DNA of 64,000 nt, taken from an uncultured Spirochaetota bacterium (GTDB taxonomy: Bacteria; Spirochaetota; Spirochaetia; SZUA-6; Fen-1364). The stretch is taken from contig CAWGAA010000001.1 of the NCBI GenBank assembly GCA_963820525.1, positions 2,048,001-2,112,000 on the forward strand, given 5' to 3'. Positions 10,044 through 19,997 of this stretch are shown piece after piece (position 1 is the stretch's first letter; each line of letters opens with the position of its first letter). Below the pieces are notes generated by a model that made no database searches, was not told the DNA's origin, and saw nothing but the letters and a program-made list of their open reading frames with translations. The position numbers were made by a program, and so were the translations under genes.

Positions 10044-10468
10044 TTATCAGCTTTCGACCCGCGCATGTCCATCACCGCGCGGAGTATCGTCTTGGCAGCC
10101 TGGAATGAAGACTCATCTGTAACGATAACGCGTACAGCATACCCCTCGGGATGTTTCTTTGCGGATTCGATTTCCGCCTTGATCTGCTTTGGCAGCCGGG
10201 ACGCGAGGAGGCGCTCCCTTTCCTTTTCCCTCACCCCCAGGACGACGAGAAATGAACCTTGTGCGGGCGAAAGGTAAAACAGTGCCTTTTTCGTGTCGTG
10301 AACCTTGTACTGCCAGCCGTAGTTTTTCCCGTAGTATTTCCACTCCTGGGCATACCCGCGGGGTATGGCAACAAGCTGGGCGAACAATGAATGGGCGCCG
10401 CCAAGGATCTGCTTCACGTCTCTGTCGGTCGGCGCGTTGTCCTTTTCTCGAAACGAACTGCCTTTCAT
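10040..10468 (-). CDS. DUF3788-like protein
   Basis: EWKYYGKNYGWQYK..KKALFYLSP and AKKHPEG pattern; GGAGAGG RBS. Confidence 0.7.
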   Translation of the reverse strand: MKGSSFREKDNAPTDRDVKQILGGAHSLFAQLVAIPRGYAQEWKYYGKNYGWQYKVHDTKKALFYLSPAQGSFLVVLGVREKERERLLASRLPKQIKAEIESAKKHPEGYAVRVIVTDESSFQAAKTILRAVMDMRGSKADK

Positions 10469-10562
10469 TTTCCTCTCCACTCCGCCAATGATTACGACAA
10501 GTCCCGCGATTTTCAACCCTATTCTTGAAGAACGGCCGTCCGGCGGGTATTCTTAGAACTCA

Positions 10563-10843
10563 ATGGCAAAAAAAACTGTCAATAAGGTCGCTACGACCAA
10601 TCTGGGATTCGAAGCCAAGCTCTGGGCAGCGGCGGATGCGCTGCGCAACAACATGGATGCCGCGGAGTACAAGCACGTTGTACTCGGGCTCAAACCGTGA
10701 GGGAAAACGTGCGCGCGCAGATCAGGGTGCAGATAAAACGGATTCTACGGAAGTACGGCTACCCGCCGGATAAAGAGGCCAAGGCAACGGAGACCGTGCT
10801 TGAACAGGCGGCCGTGCTTTGCCCCGAATGGGCCGCGGCATAA
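10563..10843 (+). pseudogene. Type I R-M remnant: hsdM 5' end joined to hsdR 3' end
   Basis: [43 protein letters not shown] (HsdM N-terminus), then out of frame [39 protein letters not shown] (HsdR C-terminus). Confidence 0.88.
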
Positions 10844-10861
10844 AAACGGAGGACAAATAAG

Positions 10862-11725
10862 ATGTGCGAGTTCTGCACGAAACACGGCGAGGGAAAAACC
10901 TGGTATCTCCAGATGAAGAACTACTCCCAGGAGCTGCGGAGTGCAAAGCTTTCCCCCGCGCAGCGCAAGGCGTCGGGTTTTGAAACCCGATCGGAGTGGC
11001 TGGACGCCTTTTTCAGGGGATTCGTCCTGGGGGAGGGACGCGGCGGGGAGGAAAAACCCGCGCGCCCTTTGACTGAGGATGCCATCACCCGCCGTCAAAT
11101 GATCGTCCACTTCGGCCAGATCATACCCCTCAAAGACGTGGAGGAAATCCTGGACGTGATGACGTCTATCACGCGGGTTCCCTGCGGCTGCCGCTACATC
11201 ACCACCGGAAAGGCGGACAAGCGCTACTGTTTCGGCGTGGGCTACGACCCCACCGGCGCAATGGGGCGCTACCCCGACGCCTCTTCGGGACTGGAAGTGA
11301 TGGGCCGAGATGAGGCGAAGAAGATCTTCCGGGATTTCGACCGCGAGGGTCTGATTCACAGCATCTGGACGGGGATCTCGCCCTACGTAATCGGTATATG
11401 CAACTGCGACCATGACTGCCTTGCATACCGCACCAGCATAGCGCAGAACGGTCCGGCGTCCTTCTTCCGCGCGGAGTACGTGTGCGAGGTGGACGTCGAC
11501 AAATGCACGGGCTGCAAGTCGTGCATGAAGCAGTGCCAGTTCGGCGCGCAGTTCTACTCCCATTCAATGGGCAGGGTATACATCGATCCCACGCGCTGCT
11601 ACGGATGCGGTTTGTGCATGGCCGCGTGCGCCGAGAATGCCGTCCGGCTCCTGCCGCGCAAGGGACATAAGGTCGCGGGCAACTTGTGGTTGAAAGCCGG
11701 GAAAGAGTCCAAAACGCCGGTGTAG
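10862..11725 (+). CDS. 4Fe-4S dicluster (ferredoxin-domain) protein
   Basis: CTGCKSCMKQC and CYGCGLCMAAC; extra CGCR and ICNCDHDC motifs; GGAGG RBS. Confidence 0.85.
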   Translation: MCEFCTKHGEGKTWYLQMKNYSQELRSAKLSPAQRKASGFETRSEWLDAFFRGFVLGEGRGGEEKPARPLTEDAITRRQMIVHFGQIIPLKDVEEILDVMTSITRVPCGCRYITTGKADKRYCFGVGYDPTGAMGRYPDASSGLEVMGRDEAKKIFRDFDREGLIHSIWTGISPYVIGICNCDHDCLAYRTSIAQNGPASFFRAEYVCEVDVDKCTGCKSCMKQCQFGAQFYSHSMGRVYIDPTRCYGCGLCMAACAENAVRLLPRKGHKVAGNLWLKAGKESKTPV

Positions 11726-11868
11726 CGGGTTGCGGGTTGGCTGTGCAAAGCCAGCCCTCGCCTGCCCGTCCAGTGTAAAGGCCGGACCGTTCCGTGCATT
11801 GCCGCCGCGGAGACGGGCGATATCCTGCCCTCTCCGGCAGCGCATGGCGCCGGAGAGGAGCGTCGAAC

Positions 11869-12774
11869 GTGCAGAAGAAGATCCCGGTCATCCTCGACAC
11901 CGACATCGGCAGCGACATCGACGACACCTGGGCCCTGGCGATGATGCTCAACTCGCCGGAGCTCGACATGAAGCTGGTCGTTTCCGAGACCGGCAACACC
12001 GACTACCGGGCGAAGATCATCGCCCGCCTGCTCGAGGTCGCTGGCCGGACGGACATCCCCGTCGGGGTGGGGATCTGGCAGGACTCCGACACCGGCGGCC
12101 AGGAGCCCTGGGTCAAGGACTACGACCTGCGGAAGTACCCGGGCACGGTCTACCACGACGGGGTGGAGGCGATCATCCGCACGATCCGCCAGAGCGAGGA
12201 GCCGGTGAGCCTGATCTGCATCGGCCCGTTGCCCAATATCCGTCTGGCCCTGGCCAAGGCTCCGGACATCGCCCCGAAGGCTCGCTTCGTCGGCATGCAC
12301 GGCTCGCTCCGGCGCCAGTACGACGGCGCCCCGGGCGCCTCGGCCGAGTACAACGTGGTGGCCGACCCGCCGGCCGCCATCAAGGTCTTCAGCGCCCCTT
12401 GGCGGGAGGGGGTGATCACGCCCCTGGATAGCTGCGCGCTGGTCCGGCTGAAGGACGACAGGTACCGGAGGGTCCGCGCCTCGGCCGATCCGCTCATCCA
12501 GGCGGTGCTGGAGAACTACTCGGTCTGGTGCGGGACGAGCCCCGAGGCCCGCGCGCGCTTCGAGGCCGGCTCGAGCATCCTCTTCGACACGGTGGCGATC
12601 CACCTGGCCTACTCCACCGAGTTCCTGGTGGTGGAGACGCTGGGCGTCAGGGTCGAGATGAACGGCTTCACCCGCGAGGACCCCAAGGCCCGGCCCTTCC
12701 ACGTGGCGATCGACTGGAAGGACCTCCCCGGCTACGAAGACGAGCTGGTCAGGAGGCTCCTGCGGCGAGGATGA
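11869..12774 (+). CDS. Nucleoside hydrolase (IU-NH family)
   Basis: ILDTDIGSDIDD, IGPLPN, AEYN, PLD motifs; GTG start after AGGAG. Confidence 0.9.
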   Translation: MQKKIPVILDTDIGSDIDDTWALAMMLNSPELDMKLVVSETGNTDYRAKIIARLLEVAGRTDIPVGVGIWQDSDTGGQEPWVKDYDLRKYPGTVYHDGVEAIIRTIRQSEEPVSLICIGPLPNIRLALAKAPDIAPKARFVGMHGSLRRQYDGAPGASAEYNVVADPPAAIKVFSAPWREGVITPLDSCALVRLKDDRYRRVRASADPLIQAVLENYSVWCGTSPEARARFEAGSSILFDTVAIHLAYSTEFLVVETLGVRVEMNGFTREDPKARPFHVAIDWKDLPGYEDELVRRLLRRG

Positions 12775-12878
12775 AAGCGGAAGGATCTGGTGCAGCCGCC
12801 ATGCCGACTTCTCCTTTCCAATCTGTCGCCGCGTTCTACTCGAGATCCGCGGAATATGACCTGAACAGCGCGCCGGAT

Positions 12879-13760
12879 TTAATTCTGCCTAAGCATATCC
12901 GAAACCTTCACTTCGGGATGGTGGTAATCTATTCCCTCATGTTTACACCAGTGATGAATTGCCTTTGTAGGACACCATTCGTCGCAGGCAAGACACATCT
13001 CGCAATGGTGCTGCCAAACCGGCTTCTTTTCGATTATTTTGATATTCTGGGCGGGGCAGACCTTTGCGCAAATGGAACAGCCATTGCATTTCTCGTCGAC
13101 ATAAATGCTCTTATCGGTCAATGGGATCATTTCATAATATTCTAGACTTGTGTCTTTTGGTTCTTTTGAGCGCTCTATGAGGGCATTTAAATATGCCTTG
13201 TGCATCATTCGATATAGAGGGGCCATTAGCGAATTAAATAATGATTTGACAATCCTGTGTTTGGTCTTTCTCTTGTTGACTATGTATCCGCAGATGACCG
13301 CGGTTTTCTGCCTGCACTTTTTAAACATTGATTCTTGATCTTTATTTATAGGAATTGGAATATGATCGTAGTCCAGGTTGTTCATAGGAAGTCTTACAGA
13401 ATACTCCCCTGAAAGCCGTCCACCAATCGATTTGACAAACCGAGCAAAGTTTTTTAAGGTGGGAAGCGCGTTCACAATCTCATAACCTCCGCAAGTACAT
13501 ACGGCAAATACATGCTTTGATCCGATATTTTCCAGTTTCTTGATAAAGCTTTCCACCATAAGAGGTACACCGTGGAGCTGAGCCATATAAGACGGGAAAA
13601 CGATCACAATACTCTCAGCTTCAGTTCTTATGCTTTCTTTGGCTATGACCGAGGGAATGGATATCAAAGCCCCCTTGATCTTTTGGGCAATATCTCTTGC
13701 TACAGACAGGGAATTTCCGGTTCCAGAAAAGAAATAGACTTCGGTATTCAAAATAGACAT
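12879..13760 (-). CDS. EFR1-type flavodoxin-ferredoxin protein
   Basis: YFFSGTGNS flavodoxin motif; CNGCSICAKVCP and CEMCLACDEWCP. Confidence 0.88.
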   Translation of the reverse strand: MSILNTEVYFFSGTGNSLSVARDIAQKIKGALISIPSVIAKESIRTEAESIVIVFPSYMAQLHGVPLMVESFIKKLENIGSKHVFAVCTCGGYEIVNALPTLKNFARFVKSIGGRLSGEYSVRLPMNNLDYDHIPIPINKDQESMFKKCRQKTAVICGYIVNKRKTKHRIVKSLFNSLMAPLYRMMHKAYLNALIERSKEPKDTSLEYYEMIPLTDKSIYVDEKCNGCSICAKVCPAQNIKIIEKKPVWQHHCEMCLACDEWCPTKAIHHWCKHEGIDYHHPEVKVSDMLRQN

Positions 13761-13884
13761 GCTCCTTCGATCTTTTTCTCTAGTAAACTGCATCCGTTAT
13801 TCTTTGACAAGGCAAGAATGTCCGCTGCTCGCCGAAGTTCAGCGGCACGAGCAGCATGTCCGCCGCATAGAGGAAGCTATCTTC

Positions 13885-14647
13885 TTACAAAAGGACCGAT
13901 ATACCCCGACTCCGCAAGTAATCTTTCACCTACCGAATACTCAACAGACGGTAATGAAAGACCGATGCCGCCAACAATATGCTGGCCCCACCCTGCAAGA
14001 CCGCATCTGCAAAATGCTGGAGTTCCCCGGCCCCCCCGGATGCCACCACCGGAACCGCCACTGCCTCCGAGATCGCTTTGGTAAACTCCAAGTCATACCC
14101 TGCCTGGGTCCCATCACCATCCATACTGGTCGGCAGTATCACGCCCGCCCTAAACCCTCGCACTGTTTTGCCCATTCTACCGCGTCTTTCCCAACCGGTT
14201 GCGTGCCCCCTGACACCACAAGTTCAAACCCAGACGACATGGCCTTGTTTCGACGCGCATCAATCGCTACGGTAATATGCTCCGAACCAAACTTCGCTGC
14301 AGCTTCACTGATCAGCGCCGGGCGTCTTACCGCCACGCTGTTCATGGAGACCTTGCCGCGCCTGCCTCCATCAGCAGGTCGATATCTTCCAGCGCGGGAA
14401 TACCGCCACCGACGGTCAGCGGGATCTCTATGACCGACGAAACGTTTCTTACCCATTCAAGCCGAGTCTTGCGATTTTCTACAGTGGCCGCAATATCAAG
14501 CATGGCCAACTCATCAGCACCTTCTCGCTCATAAAATGAGGCATTTTCCACCGGATCGCCTGCATCCTTCAGGTCTGTAAAATGGATTCCCTTGACTACA
14601 CGCCCATTTTTCATATCAAGACACGGCATGATTTTGACTATCCTCAA
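13885..14647 (-). pseudogene. hisF: Imidazole glycerol phosphate synthase cyclase subunit, disrupted
   Basis: [45 protein letters not shown]. Two 1-bp deletions (about 14360 and 14148) and an in-frame TAG at 13930-13932. Confidence 0.9.
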
Positions 14648-14664
14648 TAGTTTCTCCTTTCCTC

Positions 14665-15957
14665 TCACGCACCGCTCAAGTAGCGCGCGGTCGTAGCATT
14701 GGTGCGCGCCAATTTCCGCGCAATCAGGCGGGAGAGAAAGATTCCATAGTGCGGATAGCTTTTTATTACTTTGATGAAGGAGTTCTTGTGGATACGGATG
14801 AGCTTGCAGTCCTCCTCCGCCCGCACGGTGGCGCTGCGGCGGTTATCCAAGAGGAACGACATCTCGCCCATGAAGATATCCGCAGGTGTGATGAAGCCCA
14901 CGAGCTGTTTCTTATGGAAGATGCTGAAGCGGCCGCTGAGGATGTAGTAGACGAAGGTGGACGCTTCTCCCTCGCGGAAGACGATATCGCCGCGCTTGAA
15001 CCTCACCGCTTCTTCTTCACGGAAGCCTTGAGGAGATGCCATATCCGTGGGACAGTGCTCGATGGTCAGCGTGGCCTCGTTGCCCTTGGAGTTGTAGGAA
15101 AGCCCCTTCGCGAAGCCGCGCGCCATCAAAATGCCGCGACCCAGGAGCGCGGTGGTGTCCCGCGTGGCAAGAGAAGCGAGGTATTTACGTACGTCAAAAC
15201 CATCGCCCTGGTCGCGGACGCGGAACGTGGAGCGTTCGGGGTGGATCTCGTATTCCAGGGTTACACGCTTGGCTGAAATCCGCGGGTCTCTGCACTTGTC
15301 CGCAACCAGCTCGAAGATGCCGCGGCCCTGATCCAGGAACGCCTTCTTCTCTTCGTAGCTGATCTTGCAGTTGCCATGTTCGATGCCGTTCAAGATCAGC
15401 TCCGAGAGAGCAATGGTGAGGTTGGTCTTTACCTGCTCGTCGGCAAAGCCCTTGTTGGTGAGGTAGATGGCCAGAAGATTGACATAGCTGGGCACGGCGA
15501 GCACGTCGTTGTCTATCGTAAGGGATCCGGACACCTTGTCCGTAAACCTGTCCGAGATGTCGCGCTGCGAGATCACCTGCAGGTTCTCTCTGATGATAGC
15601 GATGGTTTTGGCCAGGTTACTGCGAATACGGCCGTGCTCGAAGAGGTTGAGCACATTGAGCCGTTTCAGCGAATCTGCGAGCGCCTTCTCCTGGTCCACG
15701 CTCTTGTCGAAAAGCCCAATGATTCCGAAGTTATGCAGCCACGTGTCCGCGGTGATTTGTTCAATGATGTGCCTGCGGTCCAGAACCTGATCCGAAAAGT
15801 TTATAATGGCGATTTCCGGCATCTCGAAATTCAGGTACTCAATCGCCTGCTCGGTTTCAGAGTAATACCCAATCATGTCCGCGGAGGAAAAGTGCGTAAG
15901 TTCCTTTTCAATGTCCAGATTGAGACTGTTGTCCGAGCATAGGACGCCGATTCGCAT
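14665..15957 (-). CDS. Signalling protein: REC-like N-terminus, anti-sigma-type HATPase, C-terminal cNMP-binding domain
   Basis: ELILNGIEHGN, DQGDGFD and GRGI (HATPase); IVFREGE, FMGEMS and RRSATVRA (cNMP). Confidence 0.85.
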   Translation of the reverse strand: MRIGVLCSDNSLNLDIEKELTHFSSADMIGYYSETEQAIEYLNFEMPEIAIINFSDQVLDRRHIIEQITADTWLHNFGIIGLFDKSVDQEKALADSLKRLNVLNLFEHGRIRSNLAKTIAIIRENLQVISQRDISDRFTDKVSGSLTIDNDVLAVPSYVNLLAIYLTNKGFADEQVKTNLTIALSELILNGIEHGNCKISYEEKKAFLDQGRGIFELVADKCRDPRISAKRVTLEYEIHPERSTFRVRDQGDGFDVRKYLASLATRDTTALLGRGILMARGFAKGLSYNSKGNEATLTIEHCPTDMASPQGFREEEAVRFKRGDIVFREGEASTFVYYILSGRFSIFHKKQLVGFITPADIFMGEMSFLLDNRRSATVRAEEDCKLIRIHKNSFIKVIKSYPHYGIFLSRLIARKLARTNATTARYLSGA

Positions 15958-16096
15958 AGATGCTCCTGGAGCTTGATAAAAGCTGTCAATAAACCTCGAG
16001 AGATTACGATAACAAGTTCTCCCGATAGTAGCAAGGTGCCGACCCATAGGGAGAGGGAGTAGCGGGGGCTCAAGCTCCTGGTGCTCCCTTCCATGG

Positions 16097-16291
16097 CTAT
16101 ATTGGCTGTTTATTCTTCTTAATGAGATCTCTCTCTATTCCTTCTTTCTGTTTTTCAGTAAGCTCCGGCAGCTTTATATCAACTGTATCAAGAGTGCTCT
16201 CCATTTTCCTGTATTCCTCAGATTCTTTCAACCTGCGGAGCCTCTTTTTTGACCTGCGCCTGTCCCATCGGTTGATCTTTCTCTTCGCCAT
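16097..16291 (-). CDS. Small basic hypothetical protein
   Basis: Strong AAGGAGG RBS; MAKRKINRWDRRRSKKRLRRLK, 64 aa. Confidence 0.6.
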   Translation of the reverse strand: MAKRKINRWDRRRSKKRLRRLKESEEYRKMESTLDTVDIKLPELTEKQKEGIERDLIKKNKQPI

Positions 16292-16314
16292 GGAGTGGTC
16301 CTCCTTGGTATTAA

Positions 16315-18056
16315 CCCGCATTTCTCACAAACGGCACTCTGCGCAGTCTGATCATCATGAGGCGGGGCTCAACTTTGAAAAACGGTCTATTCCTTGCTGT
16401 CAGCCCCTACACGTAGATCGATTTCGTGACCCGAGTCAGTCCAATCGCCCGATTGAGCGCACTTTACAGCTCATAAGGGAAGATTCGGCGACTTCAGGAC
16501 AGTCTTCTCCCAATAAACTACTCAAGACAAGGCTCAATACACGCTAACCCGATTGAAGGGAGAGTTCGTGAATACTCAGAATCACCTGACGGAAAAGCTC
16601 TTGATATGGATAACCGCTTGCGAAGCTCACATAGATCCGGCGCACACTGACGCGCACCTGTGCGCCAATCTTCAATAGCTTCAAACGAATCGTGTCGCAC
16701 TGTGCCGAGGCCAGCTCTGTCCCCTTCAAAGCGGTCCTTCTGAGGGCACTCATGATTACGTAGGCCGCAGAGGAGAACCACAACCGAAGCTGATTCGCCC
16801 TCATCGTGGCGGAACTGGTTCGATCTGCAAAAAGGTAAAGCTGCTGTTCTTTGATACGATTCTCCATGTCTCCGCGAGCACAATAGAGCTGCTCGTACAG
16901 CTGCTGGCCAGGGAAGCGGTCCTGCATAAGTGAAGTCACCACAAACCGAGGGTTCTCTCCCTTGCGCAGATACTCCGCCTTGGCGACAACACGTCTGCTT
17001 TTCGACCATGTCTTTTTCGTCCGATAGATCAGCTCCGCGTACTTTCGCGACGGCTCACCAGTGGACAGATACTGCCTACGGGCTTCTGAAAGCTCCTTGC
17101 GGATCTTGCGTAAGAGGCGTGCGTTTTTCGCGATTCCGAACAGGAAATCCACGTCGTTGGACTCGCACCACACCATGATCGCTTCCCGGCAGAACCCGCT
17201 GTCGGCCCGCACAACAATACGTACCTGCGGCCATCGCTCACGGATCTGCGCAACGATCCTCGCCAACTCCTTCTCGGCACCCGAACATGCGTCTATATTG
17301 GAGGGACGTAGCTTCGCACATAAAAGATGATCCCCGCAGAAGATGTACAACGGCAGGTAGCAATAACAATCATAATAGCCATGAAAGAACCTGCCCTCTT
17401 GATTGCCGTGCAGAGGGTCGTCGGTTGCATCCAGATCCAACACGATTTCTTCAGGAGCTTGCTCATAACTGGCCAGGAATGTGTTCACCAGGAACATCCC
17501 AACCATTGTTTCGTTCACCGTGATTTTCTTGTATCGATGCGTAGAGAGGCTTGCCCCGCCGGCGGTCTCAAGCCGATTCAGCGTGCTTTTTCCGGCAAGG
17601 GCTTTGCCTCTGTCCCGTTTCTGCCTCCTCGTTTCCCCGTTGACATCGAGTTTCCCGCAAACGGCAGCCAGAACGGGATCTTTGCGCAGCTGGTCGTGAT
17701 CGTTGAGGTCTTCGTATCCCAGGCAAATGCCGAATACCCTTTGGCTTATCAATTGCTCGATGGAATGCTCGATATAGCCTTTCTCTCGATAGTCTGTGAA
17801 ACAGCCCGCGAATGCTTTGATGATGCCTGTGGCGCGTTCGACCTCTCGAAGAATGAGAGCGCCGGCATCGGAACTGATCGCGCCTCCGTCGAAGTTTCCG
17901 ACTACCTTTTTCTTGCCAAGGTCTTGAAAGCTAAACAGGGATGGTGTACAGTCTGTTTGCATCGTATAGCCTTTCTGTTCTGGTTTATTTTGTTTGTTGC
18001 AAAGCAATTATACCAGAGCGAAAGGCTTTTTCATATCCATTTGTGAGAAATGCGGG
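16315..18056 (-). mobile_element. IS1380 family element with 17-bp perfect TIRs and TTAA target duplication
   Basis: cccgcatttctcacaaa (16315-16331) / tttgtgagaaatgcggg (18040-18056); TTAA at 16311-16314 and 18057-18060. Confidence 0.92.
16544..17962 (-). CDS. IS1380 family DDE transposase
   Basis: FDGGAISSDAG, GYEDLNDH, LDLDATDD, RADSGF, YCARGDMENRIKE motifs. Confidence 0.95.
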   Translation of the reverse strand: MQTDCTPSLFSFQDLGKKKVVGNFDGGAISSDAGALILREVERATGIIKAFAGCFTDYREKGYIEHSIEQLISQRVFGICLGYEDLNDHDQLRKDPVLAAVCGKLDVNGETRRQKRDRGKALAGKSTLNRLETAGGASLSTHRYKKITVNETMVGMFLVNTFLASYEQAPEEIVLDLDATDDPLHGNQEGRFFHGYYDCYCYLPLYIFCGDHLLCAKLRPSNIDACSGAEKELARIVAQIRERWPQVRIVVRADSGFCREAIMVWCESNDVDFLFGIAKNARLLRKIRKELSEARRQYLSTGEPSRKYAELIYRTKKTWSKSRRVVAKAEYLRKGENPRFVVTSLMQDRFPGQQLYEQLYCARGDMENRIKEQQLYLFADRTSSATMRANQLRLWFSSAAYVIMSALRRTALKGTELASAQCDTIRLKLLKIGAQVRVSVRRIYVSFASGYPYQELFRQVILSIHELSLQSG

Positions 18057-18545
18057 TTAAGTATAGTACTGCATAGCGGGAAATCTGAAGGTAGCTTCTA
18101 CCGCATGTTCCCTGCGTCCCCTTAGGTAAAAGCTCCCTTCTGGTATGCGTCAATCACGTATAATGATTGGGTAGCTGGCGGCACAACGGACAGGGCCGCG
18201 GGAAGCGTCACACTCACTGGCGGTATGAAGGATAGATTAGTCAACATTGAGTTGAATACCAATCTTGTGCAATCCTGGGTGGGAGGCCAGAGTGAAAACC
18301 TGGGGGGATCCTTCAGGGAAATCTAAGCTCTGGAACAGCAAGCAATTCAGTTTCATTTTGTTCAAGCGACAACTACGGACCCTTCAGGCCCACTTTAATC
18401 GTCTACTATACGGTTCCCATCAGCGGTGCTCCATAGCTGGAGTGAGCCTCTTCGGCCCCCGCCTCGGGGTTCAAACACCCATCGGGGGCCTATCTATCCC
18501 GAGAGAGAGCCATGCAACAAGGTCGCCACTGACACTGTAGACAGT

Positions 18546-18643
18546 ATATAACGCATCCTAGCTGTCCCGTGCCTTTTGATCGCACAGGTCTGCGCGCTAT
18601 TCAGTTGCGAACGGCGACAGTAACCGCCAACTGCATGTTGTGC
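18546..18643 (-). other. Degenerate attC-like site after the serine hydrolase gene
   Basis: On the - strand GCACAAC lies about 16 nt after the stop; internal cagttg/caactg IR; GTTATAT at 18552-18546. Confidence 0.4.
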
Positions 18644-18659
18644 GATGAGCGTTTGCATT

Positions 18660-19817
18660 TTATTCAATAAATTCCAAATCAATATCGTCTAATATTCTTA
18701 ATAGAGATGAATCCGTTTGATTAATAAGTAATATTGTTCCAATATTCTTATCCCTATAAATTCTAACTTCTGCAATGTATCCAAGTCCTCCACCCTGATG
18801 CCAGTAATACCTCATTCCATTTAAATTATTAATAAACCAGCTTATTGCCATGCTTTGTTTGCTGTTTGTAAATTGCTCTTTGAAAAATAATTCTTTCATT
18901 GGCTTGGATAAGACTTTTGAGTCTTCATTTAATAAATCAATAAATATTTTGGAGTATTCCTTAGAACTTGAAATAATACCACCATGGGATGGGAAATCAA
19001 AATACCAGGCATTTTCAAGGGTCTTATAATTCTTTTCTATTTGTATATCAGCTCCCTTCAAAAATAAGACCATTACTTTATAAAAAAGCGAATTTCTCAT
19101 GAAATAAGGTTTTGCAGAATTTGAATGATTTCTGTCTGAAAAATTAATTCTATTTTGATCTAATTGCAATATGTCAAAAATATTTTCTTTTATATAATCT
19201 TCGTATTTTCTACCAGAAACAGTTTCGATTATTTTTCCTAGAATAGCAAATCCTAAGTTTGAATAAGACCAATCTTTTCCGGGCTTGAATTTTAAATTAT
19301 TATTAGCATTCATGGCATTGAATAACAATTTATCGCTGTCAAAATAAATATGTTCATTCGACCAGTGTACATAAAAATTACCAAGGACAGGATTTGGTAT
19401 ACCTCCAGTATGCGACAAGACCTGATTAACAGTGACATTTTTATATGGAATATCCGTTATGTATTTTTCAAGATTATCATTTAAATTTATTCTTTTATTT
19501 TCGCTCAACTGCAATATTGCGATCGCAGTGATTAATTTTGTTGTTGAAAATACATTCATCGTATGATCAGAAGTCATTTTAATCTTATTTTTTATATCTG
19601 CAAAACCTGCTGCATATTCAAATATTATTCCGTCTTTATTAAATACTACATATTGCAGTCCCGGATAATCCTTGCTAGTGCATAATAATCTGTCTAAATA
19701 ATCTGCAACACGTTCCTTATTGTCAGATATTTGATTATCCATTATCTGTCTTTTATTACAGGACAATAAAAAGACACATAAGAATAGCAATAATATTCTT
19801 TTAGTAATTTCATTCAT
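18660..19817 (-). CDS. Serine hydrolase (beta-lactamase/PBP-like), lipoprotein, AT-rich
   Basis: SxxK (STTK), YSN and HQGG motifs; lipobox LLSC; GGAGG RBS. Confidence 0.88.
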   Translation of the reverse strand: MNEITKRILLLFLCVFLLSCNKRQIMDNQISDNKERVADYLDRLLCTSKDYPGLQYVVFNKDGIIFEYAAGFADIKNKIKMTSDHTMNVFSTTKLITAIAILQLSENKRINLNDNLEKYITDIPYKNVTVNQVLSHTGGIPNPVLGNFYVHWSNEHIYFDSDKLLFNAMNANNNLKFKPGKDWSYSNLGFAILGKIIETVSGRKYEDYIKENIFDILQLDQNRINFSDRNHSNSAKPYFMRNSLFYKVMVLFLKGADIQIEKNYKTLENAWYFDFPSHGGIISSSKEYSKIFIDLLNEDSKVLSKPMKELFFKEQFTNSKQSMAISWFINNLNGMRYYWHQGGGLGYIAEVRIYRDKNIGTILLINQTDSSLLRILDDIDLEFIE

Positions 19818-19831
19818 TAATAACCTCCAAT

Positions 19832-19936
19832 TACAGCAAACGCTCGTGGCCCGAGGCCAACAGGGCCAAGGGCCATGTGACGGATCGGCGCGCTGCAGCG
19901 CCGCGGAGCCCGAGGCGCTCGTAAGGCTATTGCGCC
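19832..19936 (-). repeat. Degenerate copy of the attC family at 43408 and 46114
   Basis: Shares cggcgcgctgcagcgccgcggagcccgaggcgc and the flanking pattern with those sites; L boxes are deleted. Confidence 0.7.
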
Positions 19937-19997
19937 ATTTTATACCAAATCATTCATGCTTATCCAGAAATTCTTTCGGTGGATTATCCCGCCTGCC

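Noticed and set aside
18061..18545. Possible ncRNA or hidden gene in the ~480-bp gap
   Set aside because: Only scattered core-site-like heptamers and short ORFs; no structure or family I could support.
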